A program made the position numbers and the translations under genes. DNA of 37,595 bases from a virus, in the UHGV virus genome UHGV-0051534. One strand, given 5' to 3'. Shown here piece after piece: positions 8,138 to 16,267 of the stretch. A model generated the notes under the pieces. The model ran no database searches. It saw only the letters and a program-made list of their open reading frames with translations, and was not told the DNA's origin. The stretch's first letter is position 1. Each line of letters opens with the position of its first letter.

Positions 8138-8836
8138 ATGACCAAAATTAACTATCAGGCACTGCGTGAGGCGGCAGAACGTGCAATTCCGGCAATGGAA
8201 CGCCTGTTAATGTTGCCAGTTGATGATGATCTGATAAGCGAACAGGAACTTAAAGATTACGGTGTGGATATTGATGCGCTCAACGCCTTCAAATTTCTGG
8301 CCGGACCAGAAACCGTGCTGGCACTACTGGATGAACGGGAAAGAAACCAGCAATACATAAAACGCCGCGACCAGGAGAACGAGGATATTGCTCTTACGGT
8401 TGGGAAGCTGAGAGTTGAGCTTGAGGAGACAAAATCAAAACTCAACGAGCAGCGCGAGTATTACGAAGGTGTTCTCTCGGATGGAAGTAAGCGTATTGCT
8501 GAACTGGAGAAAAGCGAAGAGCAACTCATTAACGAGCGTGACCATGCTGAGTCTGCTTTAGCTGATATGTACTTTGCAGCAACCGGGGATAGGCCGGAGT
8601 GGAGTAACTGGTTCGGCTTTTCAGATGCCGTAGATGCCGTGGTTGACAGAATTGCTGATTTAGAAGCTAAACAGCCATCACCAGTAGTACCGGAAGGACT
8701 GGTTAAAGCCGTGCGCTTTTATGAACAGGTTAAGCGTGAGAATCCGCCAGTCGAAACCGGAGCATGGAAAGACGCGGTTGACTGGGTGCTCAAAGAGGCT
8801 TGCCAGGCTGTAAACATTGGCATCAAAGGAGACTGA
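8138..8836 (+). CDS. Ead/Ea22-like protein
   Basis: 232 aa; N-terminus MTKINYQALREAAERA and central coiled-coil (ELEETKSKLNEQREYYEG) resemble lambdoid Ea22-like proteins. Confidence 0.55.
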   Translation: MTKINYQALREAAERAIPAMERLLMLPVDDDLISEQELKDYGVDIDALNAFKFLAGPETVLALLDERERNQQYIKRRDQENEDIALTVGKLRVELEETKSKLNEQREYYEGVLSDGSKRIAELEKSEEQLINERDHAESALADMYFAATGDRPEWSNWFGFSDAVDAVVDRIADLEAKQPSPVVPEGLVKAVRFYEQVKRENPPVETGAWKDAVDWVLKEACQAVNIGIKGD

Positions 8837-8837
8837 T

Positions 8838-9047
8838 ATGGCTATTGCCGCAAGTTACACAATGCATCTCTATTGTGATTGTCGCCAGTGTACAAATGGT
8901 AAATATCAAACGCCAGACTTCGGTGAATATATCGGTACGTCATGGACTGGCTGTGCAAAAGAGGCGCGTAAGGATGGCTGGCGAATAAGCAAAGACAAAA
9001 CGCGTGCTTTTGCACCCGGGCATAAAGTTTTGAGGATTAATAAATGA
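8838..9047 (+). CDS. hypothetical small Cys-rich protein
   Basis: 69 aa from ATG 8838 with GGAG RBS; HLYCDCRQCTNGKYQ. Confidence 0.4.
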   Translation: MAIAASYTMHLYCDCRQCTNGKYQTPDFGEYIGTSWTGCAKEARKDGWRISKDKTRAFAPGHKVLRINK

Positions 9048-9631
9048 CCACTATAACCAAAGAGCGACTGCTGACAATCAAACAGTGGCGCGAAACATAC
9101 GGACCTGGTAGCAACGTTGTACTGCCAGCAGAAGAAGCGGAAGAACTGGCACGAATTGCTCTGGCATCGCTGGAAGCAGAGCCTGTAAACCAAACTTACA
9201 ACTTGGCAGAATTAATCGAAGGCATGGAAGTTTCCATTGATGTAAGCACTTGTGATGCTGATTTAGGTAATCGCTATTTCGGCACCGTCACTGAGGCGTT
9301 AGAACTTGATACGGCCAAGAATGGTTACATCCTCCTGGTTCAGGACGCAGAGCCAAACTTCGATGTAAATGGCAACTATCCGGTAACTCCGGATAGTTGG
9401 ATAAGCTGTAGTGAGCGAATGCCAGAAATGGGAGAGCGACAATGCTATGTGTTAGCTGCTGACTTTAAAAACAACTACCCACCAAGCATCCCCAACACTC
9501 AGGTCGGCGTATATGGCGACTGGTTTAATGATGGCAAGCCCACTTGGGATGACGGTGGTGGCGAAGACCTGTATCTCAAGGAGGTAACCCACTGGATGCC
9601 GCTGCCAGAACCGCCGCAGGAGGTGAAGTGA
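9044..9631 (+). CDS. DUF551-like protein
   Basis: 195 aa; C-terminal VTHWMPLPEPP is characteristic of DUF551; ATGA overlap with previous gene. Confidence 0.55.
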   Translation: MTTITKERLLTIKQWRETYGPGSNVVLPAEEAEELARIALASLEAEPVNQTYNLAELIEGMEVSIDVSTCDADLGNRYFGTVTEALELDTAKNGYILLVQDAEPNFDVNGNYPVTPDSWISCSERMPEMGERQCYVLAADFKNNYPPSIPNTQVGVYGDWFNDGKPTWDDGGGEDLYLKEVTHWMPLPEPPQEVK

Positions 9632-9981
9632 TGGACTATTCACAGTTAAGTGATTTTGAAATTAACAGAATGGTAGGAGACATAATTTTTAAAGGCCTTT
9701 GGGCGTGTAAACCGGAAACATCAGGGAATAACACCAACAAATGGTATTACGGAAATACTGATACAACTTTTGAGCCATTAAACCCTTTACCTGACTACTG
9801 CAATAATCCATCGGATGCATGGCCTATTATTGTTGATAATAAAATCAGTCTAACCTGCCACCAATCTCGCGGTGAGTGGTCAGCTGTTTTTAATGCCGAG
9901 AACATTTGCTTTCATGCGAATAATCCACTCCGAGCCGCCATGATTGTATTTCTCATGATGCAGGAAAATCAGAATGGCTAA
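9628..9981 (+). CDS. hypothetical protein
   Basis: 117 aa; ATGA overlap with upstream ORF; no recognised motif. Confidence 0.45.
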   Translation: MMDYSQLSDFEINRMVGDIIFKGLWACKPETSGNNTNKWYYGNTDTTFEPLNPLPDYCNNPSDAWPIIVDNKISLTCHQSRGEWSAVFNAENICFHANNPLRAAMIVFLMMQENQNG

Positions 9982-10312
9982 ATCAGCATCAGAGCGCAAA
10001 GCCGCTCAGAGAGCCAGACAAGCTGCATCTGGTGTGCGTAAGCTGGAAATTGTGCTTGATGCTCAGGAAATTGAAATGCTGGAGCGTAACTGTGCCACGC
10101 GTCGCCCCGGGCGTGCGCCTTACGAATTTGGGGAGTATATAGCGTTACTGATCCGCCAGGATGATGCACGCGTGCGCGGGCGTATAAAATCGATTAGCAG
10201 AAAACGTTGCGGTAAGTGCGGCGAGAAAGTTCCCGTTAATTCATGCCCGTGTAATGGTGACTCGCAATGCTGGGTGACTAAAGGCTGGCATGAAACTAAA
10301 TTAATAGTGTGA
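9974..10312 (+). CDS. putative DNA-binding protein with C-terminal Cys cluster; candidate late-gene regulator
   Basis: 112 aa; basic N-terminus (ERKAAQRARQAASGVRKLEIVLDAQEIEMLE) plus CGKCGEKVPVNSCPCNGDSQC; last gene before the terminator-guarded late operon; stop codon lies inside the 12-bp palindrome. Confidence 0.45.
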   Translation: MAKSASERKAAQRARQAASGVRKLEIVLDAQEIEMLERNCATRRPGRAPYEFGEYIALLIRQDDARVRGRIKSISRKRCGKCGEKVPVNSCPCNGDSQCWVTKGWHETKLIV

Positions 10313-10320
10313 CATGTCAC
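10309..10320. repeat. perfect 12-bp palindrome GTGACATGTCAC, copy 1
   Basis: Read directly; overlaps the TGA stop of the upstream gene; identical copy at 30539-30550. Confidence 0.8.
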
Positions 10321-10352
10321 GAGTAGATTATGCATGATGAATTTGATGGGTT

Positions 10353-10378
10353 TTGAATACTGCCGCCAACTATGGCGG
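10353..10378 (+). terminator. rho-independent terminator immediately upstream of terminase genes
   Basis: Hairpin GCCGCCA-ACT-TGGCGGC followed by TTTATTTT. Confidence 0.55.
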
Positions 10379-10398
10379 CTTTATTTTGCATGGTACTA

Positions 10399-10431
10399 TT
10401 ACCACAACGGTAACAATTACCACGGTGGTTA
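10399..10431. promoter_or_regulatory. two operator-like inverted repeats before terS
   Basis: TTACC-ACAAC-GGTAA (10399-10413) and TTACC-ACGGT-GGTTA (10417-10431); the second abuts the terS ATG. Confidence 0.4.
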
Positions 10432-11027
10432 TGATGCCTGCTGAACCTAAAACCTATAAACGCAAATCAACGCAATTTAAGCCACTAACCGCAATGCAGG
10501 AGGCTTATTGCCAGTCATACATCAAAACGCCTGAAAACCAGACTCAGGCAGCGATTAACGCAGGATTCTCCCCAAATACAGCGGCAGTTAAAGCCAGTGT
10601 CATGATGCGCGATGAACGCATTCAAAAACGGATTGCCGAGTTGATGGAGGAGCGCAACAAACGAATGCGCGTCAGTGCCGATTACGTTCTCATGCGCCTG
10701 GTGGAGATCGACCAGATGGACGTGATTGATATCCTCAACGACGATGGGAGCCTTAAGCCAATCCGCGAGTGGCCGAAAATCTGGCGCACTACGCTTAGTG
10801 GCTTTGATCTGTCATCGACCATCATGAACATGAACGAGGATTCGATAGAGACAATCCTCAAAAAAATTAAATGGCCTGACAAGGTGAAGAACCTCGAACT
10901 GATTGGTAAGCACGTCGACGTCAACGCATTCAAAGAACGCCTGGATGTTAATGTGAATGTGACAATTGCTGATCGCATAGCGGCAGCCAGGAAGCGACTC
11001 AAAGAACGTCAGGATGGTAATCAGTGA
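10431..11027 (+). CDS. terS: terminase small subunit
   Basis: 198 aa from ATG 10431; KSTQFKPLTAMQEAYCQSYIKTPENQTQAAINAGFSPNTAAVKAS matches the HTH-type small terminase pattern; directly precedes the large subunit. Confidence 0.8.
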   Translation: MMPAEPKTYKRKSTQFKPLTAMQEAYCQSYIKTPENQTQAAINAGFSPNTAAVKASVMMRDERIQKRIAELMEERNKRMRVSADYVLMRLVEIDQMDVIDILNDDGSLKPIREWPKIWRTTLSGFDLSSTIMNMNEDSIETILKKIKWPDKVKNLELIGKHVDVNAFKERLDVNVNVTIADRIAAARKRLKERQDGNQ

Positions 11028-12493
11028 CAGATACAGCGTTATCTCCTGAAGAGCAGTTGATCGAGGATATTGCAGGGTTCACTCACGATCCGCTTGGCTA
11101 TGCCCTCTATGCGTTCCCGTGGGGGGAAGAGGGGACTGAACTGGCACATGCTACCGGCCCACGTCAGTGGCAGGCTGATGCGTTCCGAGAGATACGTGAT
11201 CACCTGCAGAATCCAGAGACGCGCTATCAGCCGCTTATGCTGGCACGCGCTTCGGGTCACGGTATTGGTAAATCCGCATTCATCTCAATGCTGATCAACT
11301 GGGGCATGTCCACTTGCGAGGATTGTAAGGTCGTGGTGACCGCCAACACCGACAACCAGCTACGAACGAAGACCTGGCCGGAAATTATCAAGTGGTCGAA
11401 CCTTGCTATCACGAAAGACTGGTTTACCTGTACCGCTACCGCGATGTACAGCAATGACCCTGGGCACGACAAGCGGTGGCGAGCTGACGCAATCCCCTGG
11501 TCTGAGCACAACACTGAGGCATTCGCCGGACTACACAACGAGCGCAAACGCATCATCGTGGTATTCGACGAAGCATCCAACATTGCCGATCTGGTGTGGG
11601 AGGTAGCAGAGGGTGCGCTGACGGACGAAGACACTGAGATTATCTGGGTGGCATTCGGAAACCCTACACGTAACACCGGGCGTTTCCGCGAATGTTTCCG
11701 CAAATATAAACACCGCTGGAAAACTGCGCAGATTGACAGCCGGACGGTGGAAGGCACTAACAAACAGCAGTTGCAGAAATGGGTTGATGACTACGGGGAA
11801 GACAGCGACTTCGTTAAAATCCGTGTGCGCGGCATATTCCCTGATGCATCTGAATTGCAGTTTATCCCTACCGGTCTTACTGATGAGGCAATGAAACGGG
11901 TGGTAACCGCTGCGCAGGTGGCGCATGCTCCGGTGATAATCGGTGTTGACCCGGCATATTCAGGCGTTGATGACGCGGTGATATACCTGCGGCAGGGGCT
12001 ACACAGTAAGGTGCTGTGGACTGGCAACAAGACTACCGACGATCTGATTATGGCGAAGCGTATCGCTGACTTTGAAGACCAGTATCAGGCTGACGCGGTG
12101 TTCATCGACTTCGGTTACGGAACCGGTCTGAAGTCAATCGGTGACGGATGGGGTCGTACATGGCAACTTGTTCCGTTCGGTGGCGCGTCTACTGACCCGC
12201 AGATGCTCAACAAGCGTGGGGAGATGTTCAATTCATGCAAGACATGGCTGAGGCTGGGCGGCATGCTGGATGACCAGGAAACAGCAGACGACCTGTCGGC
12301 GGCAGAGTACAAAGTTCGAGTGGACGGTAAAATCGTTATCGAACCGAAGGAAGATATCAAGGAGCGGCTTGGGCGTTCGCCGGGTAAAGGCGATGCGCTA
12401 CTGCTGACGTTTGCGTTCCCGGTAGCCAAGAAAACTAATGACCCACGGCAGCAGCAGGGCAGGGCTATAACAGACTATGACCCATTTGAATGA
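11024..12493 (+). CDS. terL: terminase large subunit
   Basis: 489 aa, GTG start overlapping terS stop; Walker A-like ARASGHGIGKS; length and position typical of TerL. Confidence 0.85.
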   Translation: MTDTALSPEEQLIEDIAGFTHDPLGYALYAFPWGEEGTELAHATGPRQWQADAFREIRDHLQNPETRYQPLMLARASGHGIGKSAFISMLINWGMSTCEDCKVVVTANTDNQLRTKTWPEIIKWSNLAITKDWFTCTATAMYSNDPGHDKRWRADAIPWSEHNTEAFAGLHNERKRIIVVFDEASNIADLVWEVAEGALTDEDTEIIWVAFGNPTRNTGRFRECFRKYKHRWKTAQIDSRTVEGTNKQQLQKWVDDYGEDSDFVKIRVRGIFPDASELQFIPTGLTDEAMKRVVTAAQVAHAPVIIGVDPAYSGVDDAVIYLRQGLHSKVLWTGNKTTDDLIMAKRIADFEDQYQADAVFIDFGYGTGLKSIGDGWGRTWQLVPFGGASTDPQMLNKRGEMFNSCKTWLRLGGMLDDQETADDLSAAEYKVRVDGKIVIEPKEDIKERLGRSPGKGDALLLTFAFPVAKKTNDPRQQQGRAITDYDPFE

Positions 12494-12496
12494 TTT

Positions 12497-13345
12497 TTAC
12501 TTTTGTGTTTTTGATTTTCTTTGATGGGTGGAATTTAAACCACCATTTATATTTACTAGAGGATTATTCAATAATGTACTGATTTCTGGATTGTTAATTC
12601 CAGTAACGCCAAGTTTCTTTACGGACTCATTAAGGTCTTGTAATGATTTTAGACCTACAAACCCATTAGCAATTGTATTATTTGTTGCCAAAGGAATGTT
12701 TTTCTTATAGGACTCATATTCGTTTTTTAAATTTTTGTGGGCTTTTTCTAGATTTTCTAGTTTAGATGTTGTTTCATGAATAACCTTAGATAATTCTAAA
12801 ATACGAGCTTGTGCTGCGCGCAGTTCTGTCTCCCTCTCTTTCAATTCAGATGTGAGTTGTCCCATTCTGTCTTTTGAAAGAATTATTTCCTCTTTCATGT
12901 CTTGAATGTTTTTTTCAGCGCCTGTTTTTACTTTTTCGTAAGTAATGTCTTTTTTAGCCAGCAATCTCTGTAGCCGTGTTTCACGTTGTATTTTTCTTGC
13001 CTTCCGGTGATTTTCGATTGAGTCATTATTATCAAGAGGCTTTGCTTGCCATACGTTAATGATATTGTTTACCCATGGTAATAGGCAGCAGATAGTAATT
13101 ACAGATAAGCATGGATAAAACATAACAGTTTTCCATGTGCTGTTATCTGAGATGTATGAAATTTTATCTATTATATTTGATTTGCTAAAAAATAGATAAA
13201 GAAGTGATTTCCAGTTGAAGGCGCACCAGGACATAACAAAAGCACCTAGCACAGGGTTTTTAGCTCGATGCACGGCAGTATTGGCAGTAGATAAAAACAG
13301 CTCTTTGAACGATTCGAACATACTAATTACCTTAAAGTTTTTCAT
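12497..13345 (-). CDS. moron: membrane-anchored coiled-coil protein of unknown function (candidate exclusion/abortive-infection protein)
   Basis: About 33% GC against about 50% in flanks; opposite strand inside the late operon; two predicted TM helices (VLGAFVMSWCAFNWKSLLYLFF, VMFYPCLSVITICCLLPWVNNII) then a long coiled coil; start ATG 13345 or more likely ATG 13321 (AAGG RBS, 275 aa). Confidence 0.6.
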   Translation of the reverse strand: MKNFKVISMFESFKELFLSTANTAVHRAKNPVLGAFVMSWCAFNWKSLLYLFFSKSNIIDKISYISDNSTWKTVMFYPCLSVITICCLLPWVNNIINVWQAKPLDNNDSIENHRKARKIQRETRLQRLLAKKDITYEKVKTGAEKNIQDMKEEIILSKDRMGQLTSELKERETELRAAQARILELSKVIHETTSKLENLEKAHKNLKNEYESYKKNIPLATNNTIANGFVGLKSLQDLNESVKKLGVTGINNPEISTLLNNPLVNINGGLNSTHQRKSKTQK

Positions 13346-13346
13346 G

Positions 13347-13375
13347 ATTATACCTTTAAGGTAATTTGTGGTCAT
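13347..13375 (-). promoter_or_regulatory. candidate promoter of the moron with overlapping operator-like site
   Basis: Minus-strand consensus -10 TATAAT (forward 13347-13352) with ATGACC 17 bp upstream; ATACC-TTTAA-GGTAA (13350-13364) overlaps it. Confidence 0.4.
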
Positions 13376-13379
13376 CAGG

Positions 13380-13404
13380 CAAAAAAATGCCCGGCGAACC
13401 GGGC
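13380..13404 (-). terminator. rho-independent terminator between tRNA and moron
   Basis: Minus-strand hairpin GCCCGG-TTCG-CCGGGC followed by ATTTTTTT. Confidence 0.55.
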
Positions 13405-13482
13405 GAACTGGAAGCAATGAGTTATGCCTTCCGTGGCTGTACGGGTTTACAGCATGAAGTCATCGCAATGGCGTCCTGCTGT

Positions 13483-13524
13483 AAAAAGGGCGGTGATAGT
13501 CCTTCAAGGGAAACCATCACCGCC
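13483..13524 (-). terminator. candidate terminator 3' of tRNA-Arg
   Basis: Minus-strand 9-bp stem GGCGGTGAT/ATCACCGCC with an 18-nt loop followed by a T-run; about 45 nt after the tRNA 3' end. Confidence 0.4.
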
Positions 13525-13567
13525 AAGCCCCTGGAACTTCTGGCATCACGGTCCTTAGGCGTGATTC

Positions 13568-13644
13568 TGGCGCGGCATGCAGGATTCGAACCTGCGACCA
13601 ACCGCTTAGAAGGCGGTTGCTCTGTCCAACTGAGCTAATGCCAC
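13568..13644 (-). tRNA. tRNA-Arg (anticodon UCU)
   Basis: 77-nt cloverleaf folded by hand: acceptor GTGGCAT/ATGCCGC (one G-U pair), D-arm GCTC-AGTTGGACA-GAGC, anticodon arm ACCGC-CTTCTAA-GCGGT, T-arm GCAGG-TTCGAAT-CCTGC, discriminator G, encoded CCA. Confidence 0.85.
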
Positions 13645-13966
13645 AACGCTGAGAGCACTTAGCCTGTTAAGGCACCACACTTTGTCGCGGCTCCATAAAT
13701 GCTCTCATCGTTGCACCCTCGTCTCTTCCGAGGTGTCACACCGAATCGCCGGGATGGTGAATCCCCGTGCGCGGAATAAAACCGCTCGACTTGCACATTC
13801 CGGCTACCTGGTTCGTTTGCCCGAGCAAGGGAGGGTGCCCCTTAAACGTATCCAGACCGCTATCGGCGCATGTGCCATACACCGTACTGCTCAAAATAAA
13901 AGCTCACCCCGCCTGTTCAATTTAACGACAAGCCAGTCAGGTTAATAACCGGAATGAACTCTTTGC

Positions 13967-13981
13967 TTACCTGAAAGGTAA
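13967..13981. promoter_or_regulatory. operator-like inverted repeat TTACC-TGAAA-GGTAA
   Basis: Exact 5-5-5 motif in the AT-rich gap between the tRNA leader and the portal operon. Confidence 0.4.
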
Positions 13982-14071
13982 TAATTAGTGCGTTAAATGT
14001 CAAGTATCTACGATAAATAAATCACATGTGGTTAAATTGGTAATAATTTAATTGCGTACGGAGTCATTGAT

Positions 14072-14278
14072 ATGTGCATGGGTAGCTCACCATCAGTGCC
14101 TGCAACACCAGAAGTTCAGGCAGCACCACAGGAGCAGGATGCCGCCGTTGTTGATGCCCGCGACGAAGAAACTCGTCGCCGTCGCGCTGCTGCTGGTCGT
14201 AGTTCTACGCTGCTTACCGGTTCTCAGGGCGACACATCAACCGCTAATACCAGCGGTAAAACGCTGCTTGGTCAGTAA
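14072..14278 (+). CDS. hypothetical small protein upstream of portal
   Basis: 68 aa with GGAG RBS; low-complexity Ala/Arg/Thr-rich sequence. Confidence 0.45.
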   Translation: MCMGSSPSVPATPEVQAAPQEQDAAVVDARDEETRRRRAAAGRSSTLLTGSQGDTSTANTSGKTLLGQ

Positions 14279-14292
14279 CCGGAGTCATTGAA

Positions 14293-15972
14293 ATGGCGGA
14301 AACAACTAAAGAGCGATTGAACAAACAGTTCGCACAACTTGAAAGCGAGCGTCAGTCGTTCGAGCCGCACTGGCGCGAGTTGAGTGATTACATCAACCCG
14401 CGTGGTTCCCGCTTTCTGACTTCTGAGGTCAACCGTAACGATCGACGGAATACACGCATTATTGATTCGACCGGGACTATGGCGGCGCGCACTCTCGCCA
14501 GCGGCATGATGTCAGGCATCACAAGCCCCGCGCGTCCGTGGTTTCGCCTGGCTACGCCAGATCCTGAAATGATGGATTATGGCCCTGTTAAGTTGTGGCT
14601 TGAGGCGGTGCAGAACCGCATGAACGATATGTTCAATAAGTCGAATCTCTACCAGTCTCTTCCGCAGTTATACGGAAGCCTCGGCACATACAGCACTGGT
14701 GCAATGGCGGTGCTGGAGGATGACGAGGACATCATTCGCACAATGCCATTCCCGATAGGCAGTTACTACCTGGCTAACTCACCTCGTGGCAGTGTGGACA
14801 CCTGTTTTCGCAAGTTCTCTATGACTGTTCGTCAGCTTGTTCGGGAGTTCGGGCTAAATAACGTCAGCGAATCCGTAAAAAGCATGTGGGAAAGCGGCAC
14901 CTACGAGAAGTGGATTGAAGTGATGCATTCGGTTTACCCGAACATTGACCGCGATACATCGAAGCTGGATAGCAAGAACAAGCCATTCAAATCGGTTTAT
15001 TACGAGGTTGGTGGCGATAACGACAAGTTGTTGCGTGAGTCCGGATTCGATGAGTTTCCAATTATGGCTCCGCGCTGGGAAGTTAACGGCGAAGATGTTT
15101 ATGGATCATCATGCCCGGGTATGCTGGCGCTTGGACCTGTTAAGGCATTGCAGCTTCTCCAGAAGCGCAAGTCGCAGTTGATTGATAAAGCCACCAATCC
15201 GCCGATGGTTGCTCCGACTTCCCTCAAGAATCAGCGCGCCTCCCTTCTTCCTGGCGACATCACGTATATCGATCAGATTGCTGGTCAGGATGGTTTCAGG
15301 CCTGCTTATCTGGTTAACCCCAGTACAGCAGATCTGGTAGCAGACATTCAGGACACCCGCCAAATCATTAACAGCGCCTACTTTGTCGATCTGTTCATGA
15401 TGTTGCAGAACATCAATACCCGCTCGATGCCTGTTGAAGCGGTGATCGAAATGAAAGAAGAAAAACTTCTGATGTTGGGGCCGGTTCTGGAGCGTCTGAA
15501 CGACGAATGTCTTAATCCTCTCATTGACCGCGCTTTCTCGATGATGGTGCGTAAAAACATGCTGCCGCCACCGCCTGACGCGATGGAAGGTATGCCCCTG
15601 AAGGTCGAATACATTTCTGTCATGGCTCAGGCGCAGAAGTCTATCGGCCTGTCCAGTCTGGCGTCCACGGTTAACTTCATTGGTCAACTTGCGCAAGCGA
15701 AACCAGAAGCTCTCGACAAACTCAACGTTGATCAGGCGATCGATGCATTCGCTGATATGTCCGGAGTGTCTCCAACCGTCATTGTTCCGCAGGAACAGGT
15801 TGAGCAGGCTCGCCAGCAACGGGCACAGCAACAACAGCAGCAACAAATGATGGCGATGGGGATGGCGGCGGCACAGGGTGCCAAGACGCTAAGCGAAGCT
15901 AAAACTTCGGATCCGAGTGTTTTGTCAGCTATGGCGAATGCAGTTAGTGGTCAGGGTGGGCAATCACAATGA
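14293..15972 (+). CDS. portal (head-to-tail connector) protein, podovirus T7 gp8-like
   Basis: 559 aa; GGAG RBS; Gln/Ala/Met-rich C-terminus (QQQQQQQMMAMGMAAAQGA) resembles the T7-type portal C-terminus; sits after terminase. Confidence 0.8.
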   Translation: MAETTKERLNKQFAQLESERQSFEPHWRELSDYINPRGSRFLTSEVNRNDRRNTRIIDSTGTMAARTLASGMMSGITSPARPWFRLATPDPEMMDYGPVKLWLEAVQNRMNDMFNKSNLYQSLPQLYGSLGTYSTGAMAVLEDDEDIIRTMPFPIGSYYLANSPRGSVDTCFRKFSMTVRQLVREFGLNNVSESVKSMWESGTYEKWIEVMHSVYPNIDRDTSKLDSKNKPFKSVYYEVGGDNDKLLRESGFDEFPIMAPRWEVNGEDVYGSSCPGMLALGPVKALQLLQKRKSQLIDKATNPPMVAPTSLKNQRASLLPGDITYIDQIAGQDGFRPAYLVNPSTADLVADIQDTRQIINSAYFVDLFMMLQNINTRSMPVEAVIEMKEEKLLMLGPVLERLNDECLNPLIDRAFSMMVRKNMLPPPPDAMEGMPLKVEYISVMAQAQKSIGLSSLASTVNFIGQLAQAKPEALDKLNVDQAIDAFADMSGVSPTVIVPQEQVEQARQQRAQQQQQQQMMAMGMAAAQGAKTLSEAKTSDPSVLSAMANAVSGQGGQSQ

Positions 15973-16265
15973 CAGATTACGAAGATGATCAACTGAAAGA
16001 AGAAAACGCCAGTAAGCAACGTGACATGGCACAGCGTGAAATTGATGACATTCGCTTTGTCATGAGCAGTGAACAGGGGCGTCGCGTTGTCTGGTCTGTG
16101 CTGGAGAAAGGCCGGGTGTTTTCCGCTATCTCACCGATGGACGCTATGGCAATGGCATTTAATGAGGGGCAACGCAATCTGGCGCTGGAACTGTTTCAGC
16201 GCGTTATGGCGCATTGCCCTGAACAGTATTTGAAGATGGCCAAAGAGGCCAGTGAACAGGAGTGA
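15969..16265 (+). CDS. hypothetical head-assembly protein
   Basis: 98 aa acidic ORF coupled to the portal stop. Confidence 0.45.
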   Translation: MTDYEDDQLKEENASKQRDMAQREIDDIRFVMSSEQGRRVVWSVLEKGRVFSAISPMDAMAMAFNEGQRNLALELFQRVMAHCPEQYLKMAKEASEQE

Positions 16266-16267
16266 TC

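Noticed and set aside
13682-13945. 87-aa plus-strand ORF in the tRNA leader region
   Set aside because: No RBS; Arg/Ser/His-rich translation typical of GC-rich non-coding DNA; treated as non-coding and flagged separately as a possible RNA region.
15109-15846. 245-aa minus-strand ORF inside the portal gene
   Set aside because: Fully embedded antisense to a well-supported portal gene; His/Arg-rich low-complexity translation typical of antisense frames.
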